A DNA stretch of 64,000 nucleotides from positions 15,014 through 79,013 of the forward strand of contig JABMNZ010000008.1 in NCBI GenBank assembly GCA_013204395.1, given 5' to 3'. The notes beneath the pieces were generated by a model that ran no database searches, was not told the origin of the DNA, and was given only the letters and a program-made list of their open reading frames with translations. Position numbers and translations under genes: made by a program. The stretch comes from Parcubacteria group bacterium. Lineage in GTDB: Bacteria > Patescibacteriota > Patescibacteriia > UBA9934 > GWF2-40-263. Below are positions 18,709 through 28,242 of this stretch, one piece after another (the first letter of the stretch is position 1; each line of letters begins with the position of its first letter).

Positions 18709-18784
18709 GGCGGCTATGGTGAAACGGTTATCACACGGGCTTGTGGTGCCTGTATTACGGGTTCGATTCCCGTTAGCCGCCCCA
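18709..18784 (+). tRNA. tRNA-His (anticodon GTG) with encoded G-1 and CCA
   Basis: G-1 + acceptor GCGGCTA/TAGCCGC, discriminator C73, anticodon loop TTGTGGT, T-arm ACGGGTTCGATTCCCGT. A palindromic terminator follows at 18785-18825. Confidence 0.85.
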
Positions 18785-18964
18785 TATAAAAACCTCGGCT
18801 TCTGCCGGGGTTTTTATATGGGGCGGTGAATGAGGATGAGCCACCCGTCTGGTTCGATGATGGAGAGAGTGAGCGTAATAGACAAAAGTCGGTATGTTCC
18901 ACAACGACTTTTGTCTATTGCCGAACGAACGACATCAATATGGCCGGTACCTCTGCAGGGCCAT

Positions 18965-18977
18965 ATTCCCGTTAGCC
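18965..18977 (+). repeat. Degenerate direct copy of the tRNA-His 3' end (attcccgttagcc; 19/23 identity over gggNNNNattcccgttagccNcc)
   Basis: Compare 18766-18778 with 18965-18977. Confidence 0.4.
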
Positions 18978-19016
18978 ACCTCGTTTAAATACCTTTGCGC
19001 AAGCGATATTATTTGA

Positions 19017-19781
19017 CTAAATTTCCCCCATCAACCAGAGGTTTTCAAACAGATTCAGTTGGCCTAGTACTAGATCATTATTTTTAATCCTGATAGCAGT
19101 AACAGGTTGATTTGGAGTTGAAAATATCATATTTACCATCACTCCTGCTTCGGGATAAATGCGAACACCTGAAGGGTTTTCTATATTGTCAGGAAGATAG
19201 CGAATATCATAGAGATCTTCTTCCCCGGAAAGATCTTTCTGGAGCATTTGGCGGTGCGATTCATAAGAGATCATTCGAATCGTAATTCCCTGACCTCTGA
19301 TAACTTTATGGTAACGCTTCCAGAGGTGCCGCATGGTGAGTTCCATGAACTCTTCCCCACCTGTTCCAAGAATGTAAGACGTTCCACCACGTGGGACTTG
19401 TCTGATGAGTTCAGTTAAGAGCTCTAGGTAGGCCTCGTTTCCTTCATAGACAGTAATTTCTTGAACTGGATGAACCCCAAGCTCTGAAATTTTTGTAGCT
19501 ACATCCTTTGCAACTTCTGATTTTTGGATAAACTCCTGTTTGAGAATATTCGGGTCAGCAATGACAAACTGTTTTTTTCCTTTAATTTTGCTCTCAAGTA
19601 CATACTTTTTTTCAATGAGATGTTCTAAAGACGTATACACAACATTCCGGTGAAGACCGGTTTTTTTGATAAGTGGCCCACTTGTTACAGCTCCGAGCGC
19701 TGCTAATTCTAAGTACACCAAACTTTCATGCTCATTAAGACCTAGTGATAATAGATCGTTTTTTAAGGCTTTCTTATTCAT
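19017..19781 (-). CDS. TrmB-family transcriptional regulator
   Basis: N-terminal winged HTH (LSLGLNEHESLVYLELAALGAVTSGPLIKKTGLHRNVVYTSLEHLIEKKYV) plus a TrmB-like C-terminal domain. Confidence 0.7.
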   Translation of the reverse strand: MNKKALKNDLLSLGLNEHESLVYLELAALGAVTSGPLIKKTGLHRNVVYTSLEHLIEKKYVLESKIKGKKQFVIADPNILKQEFIQKSEVAKDVATKISELGVHPVQEITVYEGNEAYLELLTELIRQVPRGGTSYILGTGGEEFMELTMRHLWKRYHKVIRGQGITIRMISYESHRQMLQKDLSGEEDLYDIRYLPDNIENPSGVRIYPEAGVMVNMIFSTPNQPVTAIRIKNNDLVLGQLNLFENLWLMGEI

Positions 19782-19806
19782 GTGTTGATTCTATCACCTT
19801 TTTGGG

Positions 19807-19835
19807 TTGACAGCAATAGCATTATAGGGTATAGT
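19807..19835 (+). promoter_or_regulatory. Sigma70-like promoter TTGACA-N17-TATAGT
   Basis: It lies in the divergent intergenic region between trmB and ORF 19891. Confidence 0.4.
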
Positions 19836-19890
19836 CATTTGTCGAGTTGGAATACGTCCAGCGAGATGCAGGCAATGAAGCCTTTGGAGG

Positions 19891-20091
19891 ATGAACATGA
19901 ACGTTTTTATCGTCATGAAGATTGACGGGTGGGCAAACGGCAACCCCAAGGTCCTAAATGGACAGGTGCTGAACGTCTATCAGGATCGGTCCAACGCTGA
20001 GAAGGATGCGGGGGATCGAAATGCCGCAGAAGGGAGCGAGTACATCTGTTTCGAGGTGATTGAACGAACGGTTCTCACCGAAAATAAGTGA
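19891..20091 (+). CDS. Small hypothetical protein
   Basis: 66 aa ORF downstream of the promoter. Weak evidence only. Confidence 0.3.
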   Translation: MNMNVFIVMKIDGWANGNPKVLNGQVLNVYQDRSNAEKDAGDRNAAEGSEYICFEVIERTVLTENK

Positions 20092-20219
20092 CTCCCCTGC
20101 CCGAGGGTAATCAAATATCGGGCATTCCATTGAGGTGATCAGCCCAATGTTGATTCTCTCATAGAATACACATGCACAAAGTATAAACATTGAGCATTTC
20201 ACAAAAAGGAAAAACCATA

Positions 20220-20594
20220 ATGATTCACAGGACCCCGTTCGTCATTTTTGACGGCACCTTGTATCGAGTTCATGACAAGGGCGAACTTGTGTCGGTCATG
20301 GCCTCCCGTGGAAAGGTGCACTCAACGGTGAAGTTGCTCGTCGAATACCCAGGCAATTACGACAGGCCGGAACCTCGTTTGGATATGCTCTTTAGTGAGT
20401 GCAACTGTCCTGTAAATGTGGACAATCACTACGACGAAGATTGCTCTTGCATTGGAGACACGATTTCTTCAGGCAAGTACTTCATCTTCGAGACAAGGAC
20501 GCCAATGGTGGGTATTGGCCTCTGTCACGAGCTGATCCGCGCTGGATTTACCAGCGAGGAGATCCTCCTCATCAAGGATGTCAAGCAGGATTAG
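20220..20594 (+). CDS. Hypothetical Cys-containing protein; start moved to ATG 20220 (MIHRTPF), which is preceded by AAAAAGGAAAAACC
   Basis: ORF track 20190..20594. RBS-like purine run before 20220. A hairpin cccgtcggg...agacggg follows the stop. Confidence 0.45.
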   Translation: MIHRTPFVIFDGTLYRVHDKGELVSVMASRGKVHSTVKLLVEYPGNYDRPEPRLDMLFSECNCPVNVDNHYDEDCSCIGDTISSGKYFIFETRTPMVGIGLCHELIRAGFTSEEILLIKDVKQD

Positions 20595-20678
20595 CTTTGC
20601 AAACTCCCTCCCCGTCGGGTTCATAGACGGGATTCCCTTTTAGGAAAGAAATACTTTTTTCTTGAAAGGGAATCCAAG

Positions 20679-21026
20679 ATGATCTTGGTGACCACCCAAC
20701 AACTGGAGGTTTCCATGGACATCGATACCAACATTCAGCACACGGTTCACCCCCTGGTCGTGGAGTGGTTGGAGGCACTGATGCAGGCCTTTGACCTCAA
20801 GTTCGTCCAGGTGGGGCAACTGCTGGCCTATCACATTCCTGGAGTGGGGGAGTACGATCCAGAGCGTACGACGGTTAAGGCGACGATCACCTGCTCCACG
20901 GCCCGCTTCTCCTTCATGCTGAGTCGTTGGCACACGGATGAAGGTGAGGAGTGCTCTGATGTCTCCGCTGCAAAGGTTGAAGTAGACTTCTTCTACCACA
21001 ACAGCAGCTTTGGCAGAGCGTCGTAG
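20679..21026 (+). CDS. Hypothetical protein
   Basis: 115 aa with AAAGGGAA upstream. A terminator-like accaccg..ccggtggt + TTT follows. The overlapping minus ORF 20640..21086 was judged less likely. Confidence 0.35.
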   Translation: MILVTTQQLEVSMDIDTNIQHTVHPLVVEWLEALMQAFDLKFVQVGQLLAYHIPGVGEYDPERTTVKATITCSTARFSFMLSRWHTDEGEECSDVSAAKVEVDFFYHNSSFGRAS

Positions 21027-21166
21027 TTCCCCAACCGCCCCTTCCGTCGGGCGAGACAACAATAGACGGTTCTGACCACCGAGCATTCTGCCGGTGGTTT
21101 TCCCTTTTCCAATTATCCAACGTTGGATAATTATGTCCTTGCTGTAATAAAAAATCCCCTGTTGCG

Positions 21167-22126
21167 TCAGGGGGTGAAGGTGAGGAGTACGTCGTCCACT
21201 TCCAAGAAGAAGGAGGGTGGAGAGTATTCCAGGTTGCAGCGATGTGCCCAGAAGTCGAGCATCGGCTGCATGTCTTGCTTGAGATCTGGCCTGCCTTGGA
21301 ACGTGAGGTTGTTGGAGAGTGCGAAGAGCGTGAAGCTCATGGGGCCGAGGTCCTGAGGCTCAATTGTTTCGACCAGAACTCGGTCTTGAGCGCGGCTCAT
21401 GAGCTCAGCGATGACCTCCTTTGGGTCGGCACTTCCATCTTTTGCTGCGTGGACCAGCGTTCCAGTCTGGCTCATCACTTGTCCGAGGTAGAGAGATTCA
21501 ACGGCCACGGGGTTCATCCCATAGTCCGTTAGAACATCTATGGCACACTGCTTGTAGCTCCTGAATGCATTCCTTGAGCACGATCGCCATGTGCTGACGT
21601 CCCATTCTCGATCCTTGGCTAGTTCGCGGCACTCTTTATCGATCTGACCTGGGGTTTCGGCACACTCGGAGCCAGCGATGGTGAATGCGAGTTTCGCGGC
21701 GTCGCGATCCCCATCTTCAATGCGGTATGCGAGAGCGTTTTGAAGCAGGTCTTCTGTTTGGTCTTGGTCCAGTCCACAAAGGGCGATCACACCTGCGGGG
21801 TCACTGCTGTTACCCGCCACCAGAAGCAGGGCTGAGAGATCCTCTTGAGTGACGCTTGAGTCAGCAAAAGCTTTGCAAGCCAGAGCGAACCGTTCCTTGT
21901 AGGAACTCAGAGCTTGCAAGGCCACGATGATCTGTTGGCGTTGTCGATCCAGGGCGACGGCACGCCCACGCTCGGTTGTTGTCTCGTCGCGGGGAGAGAC
22001 GACTTGGGATGTTTGCTCCCCACTTCTGAAGGAGAGAACTACCAGCAGGAGTATCAATGCAAGTAGAGTGACAAGGCAAGATCGACGCATGGCACCTCCT
22101 CTATTCACTGTACTGGCAGAAAGCAA
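21167..22126 (-). CDS. Hypothetical secreted/anchored Cys-containing protein (GC-rich)
   Basis: Signal/TM MRRSCLVTLLALILLLVVLSF. It is co-directional with, and immediately downstream of, the 22179..23447 gene. Confidence 0.5.
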   Translation of the reverse strand: MLSASTVNRGGAMRRSCLVTLLALILLLVVLSFRSGEQTSQVVSPRDETTTERGRAVALDRQRQQIIVALQALSSYKERFALACKAFADSSVTQEDLSALLLVAGNSSDPAGVIALCGLDQDQTEDLLQNALAYRIEDGDRDAAKLAFTIAGSECAETPGQIDKECRELAKDREWDVSTWRSCSRNAFRSYKQCAIDVLTDYGMNPVAVESLYLGQVMSQTGTLVHAAKDGSADPKEVIAELMSRAQDRVLVETIEPQDLGPMSFTLFALSNNLTFQGRPDLKQDMQPMLDFWAHRCNLEYSPPSFFLEVDDVLLTFTP

Positions 22127-22178
22127 AAGACACCAGAGTAAAAGAAAAACCCGCTTGATTAGCGAGTAGTAGTAGTTT

Positions 22179-23447
22179 CTAGAGCTGGCTAAGCCACCAG
22201 TTCCACAGAGAGTTTTTAACTTCCCCAGAGTGCCAGTCTACGGCATACCCAGGCAGTCGTACCGATTTGAGAGCCTTGAGGTGATCACGAGTATTGGGAA
22301 ACCAGAGTGGTCCAATCTGTCCCAGGACCTGAAGGTGTCGATACATTTCGTGGTTGCGTTTGGTTCTAGTGAACTTGTCATTGAGATGATCACGGATAGT
22401 TGTGACCAACTGTTCCGTTGACCCACAGACGACTCGTCCGTTGTCTGCACGGTGAAGCCGTCCGATGATTTTGCGGTCCCAGTAGTGCTTGTCACTATCA
22501 GGATTTGGGGGAGATGTATCCTCCTCGTGGAACAATGGAGCCACCCAGAGCTTCTCTTGTGTGAACTTGAGAAACTCTTCGGCATCGGCGCGCGTGGCTG
22601 TCCGGACTCTGTTGCCCGTTTGTACTCCTACGACCACATACTTCCATCCACGTCGATCTCTCAGTGTCCGTCCACGCTCTAACTTGAGCAGTGTGGAGAA
22701 CAGCCGTTTGCGCCTATCGATGACGTAGATCAGGAATCGACGGTTTTTCTTCATCTGCACAGCTCGACACATCATGAAGTCGACCTTCAGCTGACCCATT
22801 TGCGCACGGATCACTTTTGTTTGGCGATTGATGCGACGCTTGTCAAATGCCAGACGGATTGTTCCTGTTGGTTGATCTGCATCCCTTACTTGAGTTGCAA
22901 ACCAGACGGTCTGAGAGACACTGGGAATAAAGACGCGCTCCCAGCAAAGAGCTTCGATGTGCTCAAGATCCTTTGCTACCCAGTACTCAGGGTCGTACTT
23001 CTCGATCGCGTAGATCTGCATGGCGATCCCGAGGTTTCGCCTTGCCTCGAAGTGTCGTCTGAATTCCAGATGAGAGGCGTGCGTTCCAGGGTCGGTTGAT
23101 GCCAACTTGAGCAGGTGCACTGGGTCCAGGCAGTTTGCGATGGTGTTATGCAGGGCAAGGCGGTCTCTGAGTGGGCGAAAGTGCTCACGGATAACCAGCT
23201 CTACCAACTCAACAGCTCTGCCAATGAAGAACGACATTTGTCGTCTGAACTCACGAGAACCAAGTAGGGCATCTACCCTGTCTGGATTTGAGTGGGTCTG
23301 GATGTAGGCGATGTAGAGCGCATCGCGGTCTTTCAGACCTTCTTCGACAAGACGTTTGTAGACCTGCCCCATCTCCGTGATGAGAGACATTTCCTCTGGG
23401 AGTGATCGGAACTGCAAGGCTTCGTCAGGGTAGAACTTTTTCAACAC
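22179..23447 (-). CDS. Hypothetical 422-aa Arg/Trp-rich protein (GC-rich), function unknown
   Basis: Long clean ORF. No Walker, DxD, HxH or YADD motifs were seen. The C-terminal RTKRNH (Rx4H) stretch could be HEPN-like, but that is speculative. Confidence 0.55.
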   Translation of the reverse strand: MLKKFYPDEALQFRSLPEEMSLITEMGQVYKRLVEEGLKDRDALYIAYIQTHSNPDRVDALLGSREFRRQMSFFIGRAVELVELVIREHFRPLRDRLALHNTIANCLDPVHLLKLASTDPGTHASHLEFRRHFEARRNLGIAMQIYAIEKYDPEYWVAKDLEHIEALCWERVFIPSVSQTVWFATQVRDADQPTGTIRLAFDKRRINRQTKVIRAQMGQLKVDFMMCRAVQMKKNRRFLIYVIDRRKRLFSTLLKLERGRTLRDRRGWKYVVVGVQTGNRVRTATRADAEEFLKFTQEKLWVAPLFHEEDTSPPNPDSDKHYWDRKIIGRLHRADNGRVVCGSTEQLVTTIRDHLNDKFTRTKRNHEMYRHLQVLGQIGPLWFPNTRDHLKALKSVRLPGYAVDWHSGEVKNSLWNWWLSQL

Positions 23448-23602
23448 GTGGTAACTTCCTCAGGATCAGCAAGATGACGTTTGACGACTTTATGGGCTTT
23501 TTCCGTTCCAGTCAATCAGATCAACCAATTAAACCACTTTACTCTGAAAAACCGATTTTTTACCTAGTACAAGTAAGAAAAACTTATCCCCGTGGCTATT
23601 CC

Positions 23603-23631
23603 TTGACACCACAAGTATGTTGCTATAGTAT
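23603..23631 (+). promoter_or_regulatory. Near-consensus sigma70 promoter TTGACA-N17-TAGTAT driving the 23743 gene
   Basis: Read directly from the sequence. It leaves a leader of about 105 nt. Confidence 0.45.
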
Positions 23632-23742
23632 TCCCGCCGTTCGTCGCAAAAACCGCGGCAGCTACGTACCGATGCGTTCCATCGGATTCGAGATCGTCCA
23701 AAGGCATCAACAACCCGCCTGAGGACACACTGGAGCAGACCC

Positions 23743-24909
23743 ATGATCCTTCGTACCCCCCGCTTCGGCACGTCACTCGTGCTGGCACTCGACCTCGACA
23801 TCGACCTCATCGGTCACCACTTCAACGCCCCCGGCAAGCCCCTCAAGGAGGGCACGCAGGACGTCAAGGTCAGGACCTACCAGGCGGCCAACGACGTCGA
23901 GTACTCGACCTTCAACGGCCAGTTCGACGCCGTCTCCGCGCTCGTGCGCGAGCAGGGCATCAACCCCGCGCTGATCCTCGCCGAGGGCGACAACGCCACG
24001 ACGCTGGACAAGAAGAGCACCCGCGACGAGCTCAAGCTGCAGGTCATCGCCATCACGCGGACCCCCGCGGGCATGACCCTGGCGCAGGCGCAGGCCTCCA
24101 TCGGCAAGTCGGACATCGAGTCCCGCTTCAAGAAGAGCTACGTCTACGTCCACTTCATCGCGGCGATGGACGACGGCATCGACATCTCCTCGGTGGGCGG
24201 CTCCAAGTACACCGGCCCCTGGGCGCAGTTCGCCAACGCCGTGCGGATCGACCGCTACGTCGACAGCGACACCCGGACCATCGCCGGCTCCAAGGGGAGC
24301 ACCAAGGTGGTGAACTTCTACGGCCGCAACGGTGACCGCACCACGCTGGCGATGTACACCGGCAGCCTCGAGAGCACCAAGGTCCTGACCAGCGGCGTCG
24401 ACATCGGCGAGCAGCTGCGGCAGGCCCCCAACAACACCTTCCTGCTGCAGGCGGTGCTGGACTCCAGAGCGCCCTACAGCACCAACGTGGACGCCATCGC
24501 CCGCTTCCTGGACGGCATCGACGCCGAGCTCAACTGGATCGAGCACGTCGTCGACGGCTCCATCACGGAGATGGCCGGCGTCGACGACACCAACAACTTC
24601 ATCTTCACGCTGCAGGATGGCGACTACGCCCACATGCCCGTGACGATGGTGCAGACCGACGAGACCACGACCCTCGTGCCCTCCAGCGCCTTCGGCGTGA
24701 AGGCGACGGACATCGGGAGCGACGACAACGTCGCCCAGATCGCCCGCGTGTCCTTCCGGACCGGCCTGCTGGTCAGCGTCGACCAGAACGGTGGCGAGGA
24801 GGCGATCCGCTTCTCCGACCTGAACCTGGGCAAGGGCGACGACTCGTCCTACGGCCAGCTCGTGGCCACCATGGTCAAGGCGGCCGGCACCGACCAGCTC
24901 GCGGCCTAG
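23743..24909 (+). CDS. Hypothetical high-GC protein, possibly structural (phage capsid-like). Unverified
   Basis: 388 aa. GC in this stretch is about 63 % (two 60-nt lines counted by hand). Composition is Gly/Thr/Asp/Ala-rich with no enzymatic motifs. A terminator follows at about 25010-25040. Confidence 0.55.
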   Translation: MILRTPRFGTSLVLALDLDIDLIGHHFNAPGKPLKEGTQDVKVRTYQAANDVEYSTFNGQFDAVSALVREQGINPALILAEGDNATTLDKKSTRDELKLQVIAITRTPAGMTLAQAQASIGKSDIESRFKKSYVYVHFIAAMDDGIDISSVGGSKYTGPWAQFANAVRIDRYVDSDTRTIAGSKGSTKVVNFYGRNGDRTTLAMYTGSLESTKVLTSGVDIGEQLRQAPNNTFLLQAVLDSRAPYSTNVDAIARFLDGIDAELNWIEHVVDGSITEMAGVDDTNNFIFTLQDGDYAHMPVTMVQTDETTTLVPSSAFGVKATDIGSDDNVAQIARVSFRTGLLVSVDQNGGEEAIRFSDLNLGKGDDSSYGQLVATMVKAAGTDQLAA

Positions 24910-25103
24910 GTCGCACCTGAACGAAGTCTGACCACGTCAGGCTGCCCATGGAGTAATAAGGCCACACGCGGGTCTTGTTCCTCCCCCACGTCCCGCTTCG
25001 GCAGGCCGTGGGTTTTTTCTTTAACTGTGTTTTACTAAATCAAGCAAAATAAAAACCACAGCATGGTAGTTGCTGCGGAGACGTTGGGAGACATGAGGTT
25101 GGT

Positions 25104-25481
25104 CTAGGTGTGAATGCCGATCCAAGCGTAGTAACAGATCAGAATGGCCACCCCCAGGTAGGTGTGAATACCGATGTGAGTCAGTGTTCCAACGAACCAA
25201 TCGTCCTCATCTGATGGGAGGTGGATTCTTTCACCACTGACCAGAGCGAAGAAGGCGAGGACTCCAGAGATCAGCCCTATGATCCCCACGATTACCAGGG
25301 ATATCCACCAAAGCCATCCATTGAGGATGTTGAGGCTCAGGATGATGGGCATGCTGATCATCACAAAACCAATAGCAACTGTCAGTCCACTTCGTGCGTA
25401 CCACTTGAGGTAGTCCATGTAAGACCTTTCTGTCCATGGATAGGACGCCTGGATGGTGCAAGAATAGCTCTGTTTTGTCAA
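25104..25481 (-). CDS. Small polytopic membrane protein (hypothetical)
   Basis: 125 aa with 3 TM segments. Confidence 0.45.
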   Translation of the reverse strand: MTKQSYSCTIQASYPWTERSYMDYLKWYARSGLTVAIGFVMISMPIILSLNILNGWLWWISLVIVGIIGLISGVLAFFALVSGERIHLPSDEDDWFVGTLTHIGIHTYLGVAILICYYAWIGIHT

Positions 25482-25509
25482 TCCTTCAGGTGCGGTACAC
25501 TACCCACAC

Positions 25510-28188
25510 ATGACTGATAAACAACCAATATTTCTTGTCTTAGACGGGAATGCCCTGCTTCATCGCGCATGGCATGCTTTGCCACCCATGACCACAAAAG
25601 ATGGTCTTGTTGTAAACGCAGCCTATGGCTTTGCCATGATTACAGAGAAGATGATCGAGACGTTCAAGCCAGATTATATGGCCGTGGCTTGGGACTTGCC
25701 TGGTGGAACATTTAGAGATGAGATTTACAAGGATTACAAAGCTGGTCGAGAAGAAAAAGAACAGGAACTTTACGACCAGATTGATATCATTCAAGAAATT
25801 TTAGAAGCTTTTGGTATTCCATCGGTGGAAGCAGCAGGCTTTGAGGCGGATGACATAATAGGGACTCTTAGTGCCAAAGCAAGCAAAAAAGGTTACAAGA
25901 CATTGATAGTCACGGGTGATTTAGACGCTCTGCAATTAGTCGATGACGATGTGCATGTAGTCTTTTTTATTAAGGGGATCAGCCAGACTAAGATTTACGA
26001 TCGTGATGCTGTGCAGGAGCGCTATGGCCTAACGCCCGAGCAAGTAATCGACTATAAGGCATTGAAGGGAGATTCAAGCGATAACATTCCTGGGCTAAAG
26101 GGGGTTGGCGATAAGACCGCAGCGGCGCTACTGCAGGCTCATGAAACGATTGATGGAATTTATAAGGCTATTGAAAATGATGAGGTGGCGGAAAAGTTTG
26201 CAAAGAAGTTTCGTGGGTTTGAAAAAGATGTGGAGATGTCAAAAACTCTCGTAACCATTGTGAGAGATATGAAACTGGACTTTGAATTTTCGTCTGCAAA
26301 ATTGAGTTCTCCAGATTTTGAGAAGCTCTTACCCTTATATAAAGATTTGGAGTTTAGAACGCTCATACGTAAGCACAGTGGTGCTGGTGGTGCTTCTGAG
26401 ATGCCACCTCCCCCGATTGATAGTATGGATGTCGATAATTTTGATGGGGGGGAAGACGTGGTTGTAGATGGAGATATTCAGATAGTACGTGTTGGTCAAG
26501 AGTATTCGATCGAGAAGTTTAAAGGAGCTCCAGTCGGCGTGTTGATTGCAGAACAACCTGCGGACTTGTTTGGGGCTACCATGGCAGCACTCTCTGTTTC
26601 TGGAAATGGTCAGACAATCGTGTTAGTAAATCCGTCAGAAGAAGATCTGGAGAAGATTTTTGTTGGGCTCTCAAGTGCAGAGACGCTTGTAACGCATGAT
26701 CTAAAGCAGCTTATGCATCAGGTGGAGCGCCGGATTACGTTTCAGGCATTCGATACAATGATCGCTAGTTACCTGCTAAATGCAGGAACTCGAGCACATG
26801 ATCTTTCGATGGTGATTCACAATCACATAGATGAGAAAGTTTCAGAAATTCCCAAGATGTTTGCAAAGGAAAAGGACTATCAGAAATTTGGACAGGTTAC
26901 AGCTACACTCCCACGCCTGGCATTAAAGATGCGAGAAGCTTTGGTAGAGGCCGGTCAAGAAGAAGTTTTTGATGATATTGAAATGCCACTTGTACCAGTA
27001 TTGTATCAGATGGAAATTGACGGGATAGAGCTAGATACTGATTCCCTCGCAGTCTTTTCAAAAAGCTTAGCTAAACGAATAGATGAACTTTCTAACAAAG
27101 TTACTAGCCTCGCTGGAGAAGAGTTTAATTTGAACTCACCTTCTCAGCTTGCGGTGATATTTTTTGAGACGCTTAATTTACCAACCAAGGGAATCAAAAA
27201 AACAAAGACGGGATATTCCACCGCGGCAAGCGAGCTGGAGAAACTGTGGAATCAGCACGAGATTGTTCCGTTGATTGGAGAGTACCGTGAGCTAGCCAAA
27301 CTTCAGTCAACATATGTAGAGGCTTTGCCGAAGTTGGTGAAGAGCGATGGACGTATTCACACAACGTACAATCAGGCAGTGGCTGCGACTGGTCGTCTTT
27401 CTTCTTCTGAGCCAAATTTGCAGAACATTCCAATTAAGACCGAGCTTGGCAGAGAGATTCGCAAAGCATTTGTTGTTCCTAAAGGTAAAGTGCTTATAGC
27501 GGCTGATTACAGTCAGATTGAATTGCGACTGATTGCTGTCCTTGCAAAAGACAAACCGTTTATAAGAGCATTTCAAGACGGGGCGGATATTCACACACGC
27601 ACAGCCTCAGAGGTGTGGGAGATTGCTGAGGAAGATGTGACAAAGGATCAGCGCCGCGCTGCCAAGGCTATTAATTTCGGAATAATGTATGGCATGGGTC
27701 CACGATCCTTATCTCGATCGACTGGCTTGAGTTTTTCTGAGGCTAAAGAGTTCATTCAGAAGTATTTTGAAATACATACAGCAGTGCGTGATTTTATGGA
27801 CGAGACAAAGGCTCTTGCCCACACACAAGGGTATGTCGAAACATTGTTTGGAAGACGACGATACTTTCCTGAGATTGATAGCGGGGTGCCAATGCTTGTA
27901 GCTTCTGCAGAGCGCATGGCGATTAACCATCCACTACAGGGCACGGCGTCAGACCTAATGAAGAAGGCCATGCTTGCAACAGACGGATGGTTGAGAACCA
28001 GTGGGTGGCCAGCAAAGATGCTCTTGCAAGTTCATGACGAATTGGTGCTGGAGTGTGACAAGGCCGCTGTAGAGGCTGTGACAAAAGGCCTAAGAGAGAT
28101 GATGGAAGATGTTGCGAGCTTCGATGTGCCTTTAGTGGTGGATGTAGAGGTTGGGAAAACCTGGGGGGATATGTCGGAGATAGATTAA
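25510..28188 (+). CDS. polA: DNA polymerase I
   Basis: 892 aa with 5'-3' exonuclease, 3'-5' exonuclease-like and polymerase domains. Motifs DYSQIELR and QVHDELV are present. Confidence 0.97.
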   Translation: MTDKQPIFLVLDGNALLHRAWHALPPMTTKDGLVVNAAYGFAMITEKMIETFKPDYMAVAWDLPGGTFRDEIYKDYKAGREEKEQELYDQIDIIQEILEAFGIPSVEAAGFEADDIIGTLSAKASKKGYKTLIVTGDLDALQLVDDDVHVVFFIKGISQTKIYDRDAVQERYGLTPEQVIDYKALKGDSSDNIPGLKGVGDKTAAALLQAHETIDGIYKAIENDEVAEKFAKKFRGFEKDVEMSKTLVTIVRDMKLDFEFSSAKLSSPDFEKLLPLYKDLEFRTLIRKHSGAGGASEMPPPPIDSMDVDNFDGGEDVVVDGDIQIVRVGQEYSIEKFKGAPVGVLIAEQPADLFGATMAALSVSGNGQTIVLVNPSEEDLEKIFVGLSSAETLVTHDLKQLMHQVERRITFQAFDTMIASYLLNAGTRAHDLSMVIHNHIDEKVSEIPKMFAKEKDYQKFGQVTATLPRLALKMREALVEAGQEEVFDDIEMPLVPVLYQMEIDGIELDTDSLAVFSKSLAKRIDELSNKVTSLAGEEFNLNSPSQLAVIFFETLNLPTKGIKKTKTGYSTAASELEKLWNQHEIVPLIGEYRELAKLQSTYVEALPKLVKSDGRIHTTYNQAVAATGRLSSSEPNLQNIPIKTELGREIRKAFVVPKGKVLIAADYSQIELRLIAVLAKDKPFIRAFQDGADIHTRTASEVWEIAEEDVTKDQRRAAKAINFGIMYGMGPRSLSRSTGLSFSEAKEFIQKYFEIHTAVRDFMDETKALAHTQGYVETLFGRRRYFPEIDSGVPMLVASAERMAINHPLQGTASDLMKKAMLATDGWLRTSGWPAKMLLQVHDELVLECDKAAVEAVTKGLREMMEDVASFDVPLVVDVEVGKTWGDMSEID

Positions 28189-28200
28189 ACTTTTTTTATG

Positions 28201-28228
28201 AAAAAAGACCGCCTTGGCGGTCTTTTTG
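28201..28228 (+). terminator. Rho-independent terminator after polA
   Basis: A-run, gaccgcc..ggcggtc hairpin, T-run. Confidence 0.6.
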
Positions 28229-28242
28229 ATTGCAGGTAGGTC

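Noticed and set aside
17805-18902. Track ORFs 17805..18014 (-) and 18714..18902 (-)
   Set aside because: They overlap tRNA-Arg and tRNA-His and are read through tRNA sequence, so they are spurious.
20640-21086. Minus-strand 148-aa ORF overlapping 20679..21026 (+)
   Set aside because: Only one of the pair can be real. The plus ORF has an RBS-like purine stretch and a downstream terminator in the right orientation. The minus ORF is low-complexity.
23773-24633. 286-aa minus-strand ORF antisense to the high-GC 23743..24909 gene (and similar antisense ORFs 50222..51244, 52753..53223)
   Set aside because: High GC suppresses stop codons on all frames. The products are low-complexity (G/V/A/R/D runs). 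The sense-strand ORFs are longer and have promoters and terminators.
23743-24909. Firm call of phage major capsid protein (and therefore a prophage)
   Set aside because: Only compositional and size resemblance. There is no terminase, portal or integrase nearby, and I cannot verify fold homology without a search.
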